A DNA stretch of 64,000 nucleotides from Candidatus Velthaea sp. (GTDB taxonomy: Bacteria; Vulcanimicrobiota; Vulcanimicrobiia; Vulcanimicrobiales; Vulcanimicrobiaceae), in contig CBDCCS010000011.1 of the NCBI GenBank assembly GCA_965214935.1, positions 221,006 to 285,005 of the forward strand. The letters run 5' to 3'. Shown piece by piece: positions 52,677 through 62,404 of this stretch. The number at the start of each line of letters is the position of its first letter. Position 1 is the stretch's first letter. Made by a program: the position numbers and the translations under genes. The notes under the pieces are model-generated. The model ran no database searches. It was not told the DNA's origin and saw only the letters and a list, made by a program, of their open reading frames with translations.

Positions 52677-53633
52677 CTGGCTGCGCTGACCTTCGAGAAA
52701 ACGTTTAACCTTGACGGACGGACCGACCACTTGCGGCTGTGCGGTCAATACGATCAGAATCTTGGTGCGCTCGAAGCGCTCATCCCTGTGGTCGTGCGTA
52801 TCGATGGTGAAGCGTTGCGGGTCAGCGGCGAGCGGGCAGCGGTCGACCGGGCCGGGCACGTTCTCGAAGCGATGATGCGCGCCGCTTTGTCGGGAGCGCA
52901 ATTAACGCCCGACGACGTTGCGCTGGCGGCGCGGAACGTCGAACCTGCGCGTGAGATTCCGCCGACGCTCTTCGTTTCGAATCGAGGCAAAGAGATCCGG
53001 CCCAAGACGGGCGGTCAGCGCGCGTTCGTGGCGGCAATCGAGCGCAATACGCTTTGCTTCGGCGTCGGACCGGCCGGTACCGGAAAGACCTTCTTAGCGA
53101 TCGTCATGGCGGTCCGCGCGTTGAAAAACCGGGATGTCTCGCGAATCGTGCTGTCGCGACCGGCGATTGAAGCCGGCGAGAAACTCGGCTTTCTGCCCGG
53201 CGATCTCAAAGAAAAGGTCGATCCCTATCTGCGGCCGCTCTATGACGCCTTAGGCGAACTCATGGAAGACGGCACGGTTGCCAAATATCTCGAGCGCGGC
53301 ACGATCGAGGTTGCGCCGCTGGCGTACATGCGCGGCCGAACGCTGTCCGACGCGTATATCATTCTGGATGAAGCGCAGAACGTCACGCGCGAACAACTCA
53401 AGATGTTCCTGACGCGACTCGGGCAGAACGCCAAGATGATCGTGACGGGTGATGTCACGCAAGTCGATTTGCCCCGTGGAGCGGCCAGCGGTCTGCTCGA
53501 TATCGAACGGCTGTTTACCGGCGTGCCCGACATCGGCATGACCTTTTTAGACGGCTCGGATGTCGTTCGTCATCCGCTCGTCGGTAAAATCGTAGATGCG
53601 TATGCCCGTTTATCTGTCGAACGCGACGCGTAG
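52677..53633 (+). CDS. phoH: PhoH-family ATPase; start CTG 52677 or ATG 52659
   Basis: GPAGTGKT, GFLPGDLKEKVDPYLRPLYD, LAYMRGRT, DEAQN and DVVRHPLV. Confidence 0.94.
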   Translation: MAALTFEKTFNLDGRTDHLRLCGQYDQNLGALEALIPVVVRIDGEALRVSGERAAVDRAGHVLEAMMRAALSGAQLTPDDVALAARNVEPAREIPPTLFVSNRGKEIRPKTGGQRAFVAAIERNTLCFGVGPAGTGKTFLAIVMAVRALKNRDVSRIVLSRPAIEAGEKLGFLPGDLKEKVDPYLRPLYDALGELMEDGTVAKYLERGTIEVAPLAYMRGRTLSDAYIILDEAQNVTREQLKMFLTRLGQNAKMIVTGDVTQVDLPRGAASGLLDIERLFTGVPDIGMTFLDGSDVVRHPLVGKIVDAYARLSVERDA

Positions 53634-54051
53634 ATCCGGTCTCGACTTCGGTGCCGTCGAGCGGACGCTCAATGCGTTGCTCGCAGCGGTCGACGAAGCC
53701 GATTCGAGTATCTCGCTGTCCTTCGTGCGCGATGCGAAGATACGCGAGTTGAACGCGGCTTTTCGCGGTTTCGATAAAGCCACCGACGTCTTAAGTTTTC
53801 CGCTCGTTGACGCGGATGATGCGTTCGCCGGCGCCGAGCGGCTATTGGGCGACATCGTCATTAGCGTCGATACCGCCAAGCGTCAAGCCGCCGACTACGA
53901 TGCGCCGCTCGATCGCGAGGTGCAGCGGCTGCTTATACACGGTATTCTGCACCTGCTGGGTCACGATCATCTGGAACCCGGCGAGCGTGCCGTCATGGAG
54001 ATTGAAGAGCGGCGTCTCGCCGCTGCGATCGGCATGCCTTGGCCGTACTGA
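53602..54051 (+). CDS. ybeY: rRNA maturation endoribonuclease
   Basis: TDVLSFP, LGDIVIS and HGILHLLGHDH. Confidence 0.94.
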   Translation: MPVYLSNATRRSGLDFGAVERTLNALLAAVDEADSSISLSFVRDAKIRELNAAFRGFDKATDVLSFPLVDADDAFAGAERLLGDIVISVDTAKRQAADYDAPLDREVQRLLIHGILHLLGHDHLEPGERAVMEIEERRLAAAIGMPWPY

Positions 54052-55550
54052 CGACGGCGGCTCGCGCCGTGCTCGCCGTCCTCTTCACCGGCGCCGGACC
54101 GCCGGACGCGCCGCCGCCGGCGTCGCCGCCGATGATGATAGCAAGCGCCCACCGGGCGTTCGTAACGGCCGTGCCGGCCGCCCAAGCGGCATTCGACCGC
54201 GGCCTCGTGATGCTCTACGCCTTCAACGTCGCGGAAGCGCGACTTGCATTCCGGGCAGCCGAAGCGCTCGATCCGCGTGCGGCGTTACCTTACGTCGGCG
54301 AAGCCGTTAGCGACACCATTGACATCAATCTTCCGACAACCGCCGAAGGCGAGCGCCGCGGCAGTGCCGTTATCCGGCGCGCCGCTCACGCCGCCGCAGC
54401 CGACGCACCGCCCGACGAACGCGCGCTGCTGGCGGCGACGGCACTGCGCTTCGATGCAGCGAAGTCGCAGGTGCAGCGATTCAGTGCTTATTCTGCGGCG
54501 CTGCAAGCGTACGCCGATAGCCATCCCGCCGACGGTTTCGGGCTGACCCTTGCAGCCTTTGCCGGCTGGAATGCGACCGGCGCATTGACCGGCGGTCCGC
54601 ACGATGAACCGACGGTCGATGCGCTGCGAATCGCCGGCGACCTCGACGCGGCGCTCAAGATCGATCGCAGCGACGTTGGAGCGCGTCATCTGCGCATTCA
54701 TTTTTGGGAGCAAGCGCATCAGCCGCAACGGGCGCTCGCCGACGCCGAATTTCTTGCCGGATTGCGCTACGAGCCGGGTGAATCGCACTTAGAACACATG
54801 GCGGGTCACATCTACGATCGCATCGGGAATTACGCCGAGATGATCCGCGTGAACGAAGGCGCCTGCCGCAACGACGTTGCGTACTTTCGTGAAGGCGACG
54901 GCGCCGGTCAGCAATACATGCGAACGTATCACGAGCACGATGTCAGCTTCGTGCTTTACGGCTTGACAACCGTCGGATTGGCAGCGCAAGCCCGCGGCTT
55001 CGCTGCTCGCGAGTCGGCTTACAGCAGCGGGCTCGTTGCATTGCGCCTGCACGATAACCGTGAAGTGCTCGATCTGCTGGGCGACGCAATTACGCCGGCG
55101 CGCGTCATTGCCGAAGCCCGCGGCGGAGATCTCGATCGCGCGCGCAGCGACTTTAGCCGGTTATCACGCGGCAGCGGCGCCGATGCCGCCGCGGACACCG
55201 ACATTGCCGCCGCGATCGTTGCACGGGCCGGTCACGACGAGCCCGCGGCGGTCGCCGCGTATCGCGCCGCGCAAGCGGCAGCCGGCAGCGACGATTTGGG
55301 CGATCCGAAATCGCATTGGACCACCCCGATCGCCGAAGGTCTCGGTGCAACGCTACTCGAGGCCAAGCGGCCCGCTGAAGCTGAAAAGACGTTTGCCGGC
55401 GAACTGCTGCGCTATCCGCGCGATCCGCATCTCGAATTCGGTCTGGCCGAAGCCCTTGCCGCGCAAGGCAAAGATGACAGTTCCGTGCGCGCTGCGTATG
55501 CCGCCGATTGGCTTGGACCTCAGCCCCTACGCTTGGGCGATCTTGGCTAA
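54039..55550 (+). CDS. Exported TPR-like protein with His-rich conserved motifs; start TTG 54039 or CTG 54048
   Basis: AQAAFDRGL..LYAFN..EA..AF..A..LDP, GARHLRIHFWE and HLEHMAGHIY. Confidence 0.7.
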   Translation: MAVLTTAARAVLAVLFTGAGPPDAPPPASPPMMIASAHRAFVTAVPAAQAAFDRGLVMLYAFNVAEARLAFRAAEALDPRAALPYVGEAVSDTIDINLPTTAEGERRGSAVIRRAAHAAAADAPPDERALLAATALRFDAAKSQVQRFSAYSAALQAYADSHPADGFGLTLAAFAGWNATGALTGGPHDEPTVDALRIAGDLDAALKIDRSDVGARHLRIHFWEQAHQPQRALADAEFLAGLRYEPGESHLEHMAGHIYDRIGNYAEMIRVNEGACRNDVAYFREGDGAGQQYMRTYHEHDVSFVLYGLTTVGLAAQARGFAARESAYSSGLVALRLHDNREVLDLLGDAITPARVIAEARGGDLDRARSDFSRLSRGSGADAAADTDIAAAIVARAGHDEPAAVAAYRAAQAAAGSDDLGDPKSHWTTPIAEGLGATLLEAKRPAEAEKTFAGELLRYPRDPHLEFGLAEALAAQGKDDSSVRAAYAADWLGPQPLRLGDLG

Positions 55551-55580
55551 CGGGCGCACCGTCGCGAGCGCCGCGCGCCA

Positions 55581-56339
55581 ATGAAAGACCCGCGGCTCGC
55601 GCGGGCGCTGCCGCGCGTCAAGCTGATCGCTGAAAACCCGATGTTGCGCGCGTTCCATTATGCCTTCGAGGGCATCATTTTTGCGACGCGCACGCAGCTC
55701 AACATGCGCGTGCACTGGATCGCCGCCGCGTTCGTCCTGGCGGCAACGCTCTATCTGCGCTTGGGCCGGCCGTACGTCATCGGCATCGTTATCACGATCG
55801 CGGTCGTGCTGGCATTCGAGCTCATCAACACCGCGATCGAAGCGGTCGTCGACTTGCTGGTTGAAACGCAGCACCCGCTTGCAAAAGTCGCCAAAGATAC
55901 CGCCGCCGGCGCCGTCTTAATCGTCGCTTTTGCCGCCGTCATTGTCGGCTATTTAACGTTCTACGAGGGAATTCTCGCCGGCGGTAACCGCGTGTATCGG
56001 GCTGCGTTGGCGCTGCCGGCAAACGCCGTTTTTCTTGGTCTTGTCATCGTCGGCATCGTGACGATCGTCTTCAAGGCGGCCGTCGGCCGCGGTTCAGCGT
56101 TGCAGGGCGGGGCCGTCTCGGGCCATGCGGCGCTGTCGTTCGCGGCGGCAACGTTCATCGCGCTCTTGTCGCACAGTGCGCTGCTGGCCGCCTTGGCGCT
56201 GTTTTTGGCACTGCTCGTCAATCAAAGCCGAATCGAAGCCGGCATCCATTCGACTCGCGAAGTGATCTTCGGCGGCTTACTCGGCGTCGCGGTAAGTTAT
56301 GGAATTTGGGCGCTCATGGCTTTACCCGTTGTGTTATAA
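55581..56339 (+). CDS. dgkA: Diacylglycerol/undecaprenol kinase fused to a PAP2 phosphatase-like domain
   Basis: ELINTAIEAVVDL and AKVAKDTAAGAVL. C-terminal SGHAA and QSRIEAGIH. Confidence 0.88.
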   Translation: MKDPRLARALPRVKLIAENPMLRAFHYAFEGIIFATRTQLNMRVHWIAAAFVLAATLYLRLGRPYVIGIVITIAVVLAFELINTAIEAVVDLLVETQHPLAKVAKDTAAGAVLIVAFAAVIVGYLTFYEGILAGGNRVYRAALALPANAVFLGLVIVGIVTIVFKAAVGRGSALQGGAVSGHAALSFAAATFIALLSHSALLAALALFLALLVNQSRIEAGIHSTREVIFGGLLGVAVSYGIWALMALPVVL

Positions 56340-56340
56340 T
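56332..56340 (+). promoter_or_regulatory. Extended -10 TGtTATAAT (internal promoter overlapping the dgkA stop)
   Basis: Perfect TGnTATAAT ending 88 nt before the next ATG. Confidence 0.55.
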
Positions 56341-56428
56341 TGCGTCGCTTGAGTACCGACCCGCTACCCGCGGCCGCCCAAAGCCCGTGGACGCCGCCGT
56401 CCCTCTGCGAGGCGGCGCGGACGAACCG

Positions 56429-57745
56429 ATGAACCCATTTTCGCCCGAAGTCGTCGCACTTGTCGTGCTGACGCTTGCGGCTGCGTTTTTTGCAGCGTCC
56501 GAAGCAGCGATTGTTTCCGTCAGCGGAATCAAAATTCGCGCGATGGAAGAGAAGCACGTAAAACACGCAGATCGCGTCGCAAAGCTGCTTGAAAACCGCA
56601 ATCGGACGCTGACGTCGATCCTCATCGGTAGCACGTTCGTATTGCTTGCCGGCGACTCGGTCGCAACGTATCTGTTCATCCGCGCCGATGTTCCGAATGC
56701 CGCCGTTTGGTCGACCGTTACGATGACGGTCATCATCCTCGTCTTCGGCGAAATAATACCGAAAACGGTCGCGGTAGGAAATAGCGATCGCTGGGCGCTG
56801 CGCATTTCGGGTCCATTGAGCATCGCAACCTGGATTCTGTCGCCGATAACCTGGGCGTTCTTGCTGATCTCGAGCCGGCTGGTCCGCTTGTTCGGCGGTC
56901 AGCCCGATGTCGGCCCCTACGTAACCGAAGACGACATCAAAACGATGGTCAACGTCGGCGTCGAACAAAACGTGCTCGAGGAAGGCGAGCGCGAATTGAT
57001 CCACTCGATCATCGAGTTCGGCGATACGATCGTGCGCGAGGTGATGACGCCGCGTCCCGATATGGTCGCGGTCGCCGTGTCGTCGTCGCCGCGGCGGGCC
57101 CTCGATCTCGTGATTGCCGAAGGCTACTCGAAGCTGCCCATCTACGACGAGACGGTCGATAACGTCATCGGCGTCGTCCACGATCGCGAACTGCTCATCG
57201 CACTCGCCAACGGTGCGATTGCGAACATCACGTTGCGGTCGATCATGCGCGCCGTCACGCACGTGCCGGAGAACAAGCGCATCTCCGAACTGCTGCGCGA
57301 GATGCAGCGCAACAAATTCTCGCTGGCGATCGTGCTCGATGAGTATGGCGGGACGGAGGGGCTCGTGACGATGGAGGACTTACTCGAGGAGATCGTCGGC
57401 GAGATTCGCGACGAACATGACGAAGGCGAAGAAGAAGCGATTCGACGGATCACCGACGACGAGTCGATCGTCGAGGCCGGCACCAATATCGAAGACGTCA
57501 ACGCCGAGCTCGGGCTCGAACTGCCGCACGAAGAGTTCGAGACCATCGGCGGTTATACGGTCGGGTTATTCGGCCGGCTCGCGCGCGAAGGCGAAGAGAT
57601 CGAAGCCGGACCGGGCGTGAAACTGCGCGTCGACCGGACGCGCGGACGGCGCATTCTCGCCGTACGAGTCCTGACGAACGGCAAGGCGCATCCGCCGATG
57701 TCGATCGAAGCGCCCGAAGTGCACGATGATGTCCGCGCCGGCTGA
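56429..57745 (+). CDS. HlyC/CorC (CNNM-CBS-CorC) transporter-associated protein
   Basis: FFAASEAA, VFGEIIPK, VREVMTPR, DEYGGTEGLVTMEDLLEEIVGEI and ETIGG. Confidence 0.92.
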   Translation: MNPFSPEVVALVVLTLAAAFFAASEAAIVSVSGIKIRAMEEKHVKHADRVAKLLENRNRTLTSILIGSTFVLLAGDSVATYLFIRADVPNAAVWSTVTMTVIILVFGEIIPKTVAVGNSDRWALRISGPLSIATWILSPITWAFLLISSRLVRLFGGQPDVGPYVTEDDIKTMVNVGVEQNVLEEGERELIHSIIEFGDTIVREVMTPRPDMVAVAVSSSPRRALDLVIAEGYSKLPIYDETVDNVIGVVHDRELLIALANGAIANITLRSIMRAVTHVPENKRISELLREMQRNKFSLAIVLDEYGGTEGLVTMEDLLEEIVGEIRDEHDEGEEEAIRRITDDESIVEAGTNIEDVNAELGLELPHEEFETIGGYTVGLFGRLAREGEEIEAGPGVKLRVDRTRGRRILAVRVLTNGKAHPPMSIEAPEVHDDVRAG

Positions 57746-58160
57746 TTTGCTTTTGGCGGCTGTTGAAGCACGCCGCCGCGCGTACGCTCCATATTCGCGG
57801 TTTTTTGTCGGAGCCGCGTTACATTCGCCGGACGGCGCGGTGTTCACCGGTGCAAACGTCGAGAATGCGTCGTACGGTTTGTCGATGTGTGCCGAGCGCG
57901 TTGCGATTTACAGCGCGATTGCCGCCGGCGTGCGTCGCTTCGATGCCGTCGCCGTTAGCGGTCCGGACGGTATCTTGGCGATGCCGTGCGGTGCGTGCCG
58001 CCAAGTATTACATGAATTTGGGCCAGAGATGGCCGTCATTTATGCCGACGGCGGTAAGCTGGTCGAGACGTCGTTAGCCCAATTGTTGCCCGGCGCGTTT
58101 TCCGGCGCCGTGCTGGAAACCGCCCGCGAAGCCGGCTCCACCGGGCGAGACGTGCGCTGA
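57729..58160 (+). CDS. cdd: Cytidine deaminase
   Basis: AYAPYSRFFVGAA, NVENASYGLSMCAER and PCGACRQ. Confidence 0.94.
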   Translation: MSAPADLLLAAVEARRRAYAPYSRFFVGAALHSPDGAVFTGANVENASYGLSMCAERVAIYSAIAAGVRRFDAVAVSGPDGILAMPCGACRQVLHEFGPEMAVIYADGGKLVETSLAQLLPGAFSGAVLETAREAGSTGRDVR

Positions 58161-58900
58161 CCGAGCGCACGTATACGACCGATGCCATCGTGCTCCGCGC
58201 GCGCAATCTCGGCGAAGCCGATCGGATCGTAACGCTGTTTTCGTTCGATCGCGGCAAAATCGACGCCGTAGGCAAAGGCATGCGGCGGCCCAAGAGTCCC
58301 GTCGGTGGCCAGCTTCAATTTTTAACCGAAGTGCGGCTAACGTGTCACCGCGGCCGCAATCTCGATATCATTACCGCCGCTCAAACGCTGCGCAGTCATT
58401 GGCAGGGACTCGTCGAGCCCGGCCGCTTCGCATCGGCGTCGCTGCTGGCCGAAATCGTCGATGCGTTCTGCGAGCTCGACCTACCGCTACCCGCCGTCTA
58501 CGAGTTGCTGCGCAACGCCGCCGCGGCGCTTGCCGGTAGCGTCGACCCGGCGTCGCTCGTGCCGCGCTTCGAGTTGCGGCTGCTCGGGGAGCTTGGTCTT
58601 GCGCCGCCCGATGATGCATGCGTGCGCTGTATGTCGCCGTTCAACGAGCACGGTGCTTGGCTCGACGTCGAAGCCGGCGGTTTAACGTGCGAGCGCTGCG
58701 GTGGCGCACGGGGGGAAGTCAATCACTTAGAGCCGGCCGATGTTGCAAACTTTCGCGCGGTCGGAGCGGCACGCGGTGGATCGATTCGGCCGGCGGCGAC
58801 GGCGACGCACCGGACCACGCGGGCCATCGACGAACTGGTCAGCTGGCATCTCGGCAAACGCCCGAAGTCGCGCGGTCTGCTCGACGCCTTTCCGGCGTAA
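58157..58900 (+). CDS. recO: DNA repair protein RecO; probable CTG start overlapping the cdd stop
   Basis: TERTYTTDAIVLR..NLGEADRIVTL. Zn finger CVRC...CERC. Confidence 0.9.
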   Translation: MTERTYTTDAIVLRARNLGEADRIVTLFSFDRGKIDAVGKGMRRPKSPVGGQLQFLTEVRLTCHRGRNLDIITAAQTLRSHWQGLVEPGRFASASLLAEIVDAFCELDLPLPAVYELLRNAAAALAGSVDPASLVPRFELRLLGELGLAPPDDACVRCMSPFNEHGAWLDVEAGGLTCERCGGARGEVNHLEPADVANFRAVGAARGGSIRPAATATHRTTRAIDELVSWHLGKRPKSRGLLDAFPA

Positions 58901-58906
58901 TTTCGA

Positions 58907-59320
58907 GTGGACAGTATCGTGGCGCTCGACGTCGGCGAGCGCCGGATCGGTGTCGCTGTCAACGTCGGCGATCTCGCGCTTCCGTACGATACGATCGAAC
59001 GTACGAACGTGCGCGTGGATACCGAACGAATCGCGGCGATCGCCCGCGAACGCGGAGCGCGGATCATCGTTGTCGGCGACCCGTTAACTCTCGCCGGCGA
59101 GCGCGCAATCGCGGCGAAAAATATCGATGCGTTCGTGGCGCATCTCACGCGCGTCTACGACGGAGCAATCGAACTCGTCGACGAGCGGCTGACGACCGCT
59201 GCCGTGCAGAAGTCGCTCATCGCCGCCGACGTCTCGCGTAAAAAACGCAAAACGGTCGTCGATAAATTAGCGGCGGCGATGATTCTCGACATGTACTTAC
59301 AACGCCGCCGTAACGCATGA
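58907..59320 (+). CDS. ruvX: YqgF/RuvX-family nuclease
   Basis: ALDVGERRIGVA, VVGDP, DERLTT and DKLAAAMIL. Confidence 0.92.
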   Translation: MDSIVALDVGERRIGVAVNVGDLALPYDTIERTNVRVDTERIAAIARERGARIIVVGDPLTLAGERAIAAKNIDAFVAHLTRVYDGAIELVDERLTTAAVQKSLIAADVSRKKRKTVVDKLAAAMILDMYLQRRRNA

Positions 59321-60327
59321 GCAAGCTGCGCCGCGCTCTGTTCGACACGTCGGTGGCGATTCTGGTGATGGTCGCCGTCGTCGTGACGGCGTCGGCGCTG
59401 TGGTTTCGCAACGCGGTCTACGCCGATCGGGCATTGCCGCTTGCGGCAACCACCGTCGTGATCCCGCGCGGTACGAATTTCGGCGATACGGTCGGCATCT
59501 TGCGCCGCAGCGGGATACTCGCACATCCGCTTGCGTTCCGCATCCTTGCACGCATGCGTAAGGACGAAGCCGCCGTCAAGGCGGGCGAATTCGTCTTCGG
59601 CGAGCATCAAACGAGCGACCAGATCTTACGAAAGCTCATCGACGGGGAGCAGCAAGTCGCCGTGTGGGTGACGATCCCCGAGGGGTTCACGGCGCGTGAA
59701 GTCGCGCAAACGCTCGCCGAACGGAAGCTTGGCGACGCGACGGCGTATACCAACACCTTTCTTACCGAACGCCTGAATTTCGACGGGCAGCGCACCCCGT
59801 CGCTCGAAGGCTATCTTTTTCCGAGCACTTATCTCTTGCCGGTCGATCTCACGCCGCCCATGGCCGCGAAGCTCCTGACCGATCAATTCCGCAAGGAGCT
59901 TCCGCCGGATGCCGGCGGGCGAGCGCAAGCGCTGGGCCGGACGTTGCCCGAGATCGTTACGATCGCTTCGCTTGTTGAACGCGAAGCGAAAGCCGATGAC
60001 GAACGCGCGCTCATGGCCGGCGTCTATTACAATCGGCTGCGCCTGGGCATGCCGCTTGAAGTCGACGCGACGATCGAGTATGTGTTCCCCGAACATCACG
60101 CGATCATCACCAAGCACGACCTTAGCTTGAACACGCCCTACAACACGTATTTGCACGCCGGTCTACCGCCGACGCCGATCGCCAATCCGGGCAAAGCATC
60201 ACTCGATGCCGCCTTCAATCCGCGTCCGTCCGATTACTTATATTATGTTTCCAAAGGCGACGGCCATAGCGCATTTGCCAAGACGTTGAGCGAACACACT
60301 GCCAACGTCGATCGATACTTGAAGTAG
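59317..60327 (+). CDS. mltG: Endolytic transglycosylase
   Basis: TIPEG, EGYLFPSTY, ASLVERE, NRLRLGMPLEVDAT and PYNTY..GLPPTPIANPG. Confidence 0.94.
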   Translation: MSKLRRALFDTSVAILVMVAVVVTASALWFRNAVYADRALPLAATTVVIPRGTNFGDTVGILRRSGILAHPLAFRILARMRKDEAAVKAGEFVFGEHQTSDQILRKLIDGEQQVAVWVTIPEGFTAREVAQTLAERKLGDATAYTNTFLTERLNFDGQRTPSLEGYLFPSTYLLPVDLTPPMAAKLLTDQFRKELPPDAGGRAQALGRTLPEIVTIASLVEREAKADDERALMAGVYYNRLRLGMPLEVDATIEYVFPEHHAIITKHDLSLNTPYNTYLHAGLPPTPIANPGKASLDAAFNPRPSDYLYYVSKGDGHSAFAKTLSEHTANVDRYLK

Positions 60328-60453
60328 TGCTCGAAAGCGTTGCGTTGCTGGCTGCGCGGCCGCGCCGCAAAATCAGCAGCAGCGTTTTTGACGCGCAGTC
60401 CGAAAACGGCTGACGAAGCGTTCGGGCGGTAACGCCGCCGGTAAGGAGACACG

Positions 60454-60753
60454 ATCATCGATTCGACGAATGGCCCGAGCGACGGCAATGCTGCCGAGGA
60501 CGACGGTCTGCTCGAACTTCGCGATGTCCTCGTTATCGAAACGACCGATGGAAAACAGCTGGAATTCGAGGTCGTCGGTCTCGTCGAGGACGACGAAAAC
60601 AATGCCTTCGCCGTCTGCTACAGTGAGAAGGCAGATGAATTCGTCGTTACCGATAACAAGGGGACGCTGCTCGACGATGACGAGCTCGCGCAAGAGATTC
60701 TCGATGATTTCTTCGTCCTTGCCGACGAATCGAATTCCGAGAATCCGGCATGA
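60454..60753 (+). CDS. DUF1292-like acidic protein (99 aa), ATC start; absent from the supplied ORF track
   Basis: AAGGAG at 60443-60448, then ATC ATC GAT..., translating IIDSTNGPSDGNAAEDDGLLELRDVLVIETTDGKQLEFEVVGLVEDDENNAFAVCYSEKADEFVVTDNKGTLLDDDELAQEILDDFFVLADESNSENPA*. ruvX/mltG context. Confidence 0.8.
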   Translation: MIDSTNGPSDGNAAEDDGLLELRDVLVIETTDGKQLEFEVVGLVEDDENNAFAVCYSEKADEFVVTDNKGTLLDDDELAQEILDDFFVLADESNSENPA

Positions 60754-60831
60754 TGCGCCGCTGACCGGAGACACGCGCTTCGTTCGCCGTCCGGCTGTCG
60801 CGAGCGCCGCCGTGCCGGGTGACCTGGTCGC

Positions 60832-61950
60832 GTGATCGGGCCGGTCTTGTTTCTCTCGGCGCGCGTCGGCGTCGGCCATACCGCCGCCGCCGATGCCGTT
60901 CGCGCCGAGCTTGCCGTCCGCGGCATCTCCGGCGAAACCGTCGACTCGTATCGCTACGCCGCATCGATCTTTTCGCGCGTGGTCAGCGACGGTTATATCG
61001 GTATGGTCCGCACCGTACCGCGCGTCTACGGTTTCATCTACGATCGGGCCGAACGGGTCAAAGAAGCGGGCGGCTTTCGCGTTTGGGCGGCCGAGTTCAC
61101 GGCCCGCAATCTACGCTTACTTATCGCGCGGATGGAGCCGAGCGTCGTCGTCTGCACGCATGCATTTTCATGTAACGCGATGTCGGCCTACAAACGCTTG
61201 TACGATCCGGCTCTTCCGGTCGTTGCCGTGGTTACCGACTTTGTCGTTCATCCGTTTTGGATCTATAAGAATATTGATGCATATGCCGTTGCTACGCCGG
61301 AAATGCGCGACGCGCTTGTAACGCGCGGGATCGATGCCGAACGGATTCGAATCGATGGGATCCCCGTCGACATGCGCTTTTCCGATCGCTCGCGGCCGCG
61401 CGAACAGATTCGTCGCGACCTGCAACTGCCGGTGGACCGCCCGATCGTTTTGGTGATGGGCGGCGGCCTCGGCATCGGCTCATTCAAATCGACGACGCGT
61501 GCACTCGATCAAATCGCACGTGATTTTACCGTCGTCGTCATGGTCGGGCGTAACGCGCGGCTCGGACATAGCGTCAGGCGGGCCGCCAAGACGTTCCGTT
61601 ACGACACGCGAGTCGTCGGCTTCGTCGATAATGTCGCCGACTATATGCTCGCCGGCAACGTCTTGCTGACGAAGCCGGGCGGATTGACCACCTCCGAGGC
61701 GTTGAGCGCCGAGCTGCCGATCATCCTAATCGATCCGTTACCGGGCCAAGAAGAACGGAACGCACGCTACTTAGCGCAGTCCGGCGCGGCGCTGCAGCCG
61801 GCAAACTCACGCGACATCGCGCATGCCGTTACCGCCGTCTTGGACGATCCGGCCGGGGCCGCGCGGTTGCGCTCGGCGGCGGCTCGCGTGCGAGCACCGC
61901 AGGCTGCCGCGCGCATCGCCGAACGCATCGACAACATTGCGCGCCGTTGA
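60832..61950 (+). CDS. MGDG synthase/UgtP-like GT28 diacylglycerol glycosyltransferase
   Basis: SARVGVGHTAAA, CTHAF, VVTDF, GIPV, GGGLG, TKPGGLTTSEAL and PGQEERN. Confidence 0.88.
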   Translation: MIGPVLFLSARVGVGHTAAADAVRAELAVRGISGETVDSYRYAASIFSRVVSDGYIGMVRTVPRVYGFIYDRAERVKEAGGFRVWAAEFTARNLRLLIARMEPSVVVCTHAFSCNAMSAYKRLYDPALPVVAVVTDFVVHPFWIYKNIDAYAVATPEMRDALVTRGIDAERIRIDGIPVDMRFSDRSRPREQIRRDLQLPVDRPIVLVMGGGLGIGSFKSTTRALDQIARDFTVVVMVGRNARLGHSVRRAAKTFRYDTRVVGFVDNVADYMLAGNVLLTKPGGLTTSEALSAELPIILIDPLPGQEERNARYLAQSGAALQPANSRDIAHAVTAVLDDPAGAARLRSAAARVRAPQAAARIAERIDNIARR

Positions 61951-62016
61951 CGCGGAGTTTCGCCGCGCCGACGGCAGGCGCCGGAAAACCGGGCGAATAA
62001 ACGCATTCGACGTCGC

Positions 62017-62105
62017 GGAGAGATGGCCGAGCGGCTGAAGGCGACGGTTTGCTAAATCGTTATACGGATAACACCGTATCGAGGGTTCGAATCCCTCTCT
62101 CTCCT
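62017..62105 (+). tRNA. tRNA-Ser(GCT), CCA not encoded
   Basis: Acceptor GGAGAGA/TCTCTCC, anticodon loop TT-GCT-AA, long variable arm, T-arm GAGGG-TTCGAAT-CCCTC. Confidence 0.95.
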
Positions 62106-62185
62106 CGTTCGGGCAACGGCAGGGAACGTATACCGTTCGCGTTGTACTGTCATGGGTCGCTCAATCATGTTGGGCGGCCGAATAT

Positions 62186-62259
62186 GCGGTCGTAGCTCAA
62201 TTGGATAGAGCAACAGGCTACGAACTTGTAGGTTGGGGGTTCGAGTCCCTCCGACCGCA
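62186..62259 (+). tRNA. tRNA-Arg(ACG), CCA not encoded
   Basis: Acceptor GCGGTCG/CGACCGC. Anticodon arm ACAGG-CT-ACG-AA-CTTGT. Confidence 0.95.
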
Positions 62260-62329
62260 TTTTGCACGTGAACGGCCGTCGCTTTGGTCGGCCAACGCCG
62301 GCTGCGCGATGCACGTGTTGGAACGATGT

Positions 62330-62404
62330 GGCTCGGTAGCTCAGTGGTAGAGCGGGGGACTCATAAGCCCTAGGTCGTAGGTTCAAATCCTACCCGAGTC
62401 ACCA
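62330..62404 (+). tRNA. tRNA-Met(CAT), elongator type, CCA encoded
   Basis: Acceptor GGCTCGG/CCGAGTC with paired G1-C72. Loop CT-CAT-AA. Ends ACCA. Confidence 0.9.

Noticed and set aside
62330..62404. Initiator tRNA-fMet or tRNA-Ile2
   Set aside because: G1-C72 is paired and the three consecutive G-C pairs at 29-31/39-41 are absent, so it is not an initiator. Overall it resembles elongator Met, though Ile2 cannot be fully excluded by eye.
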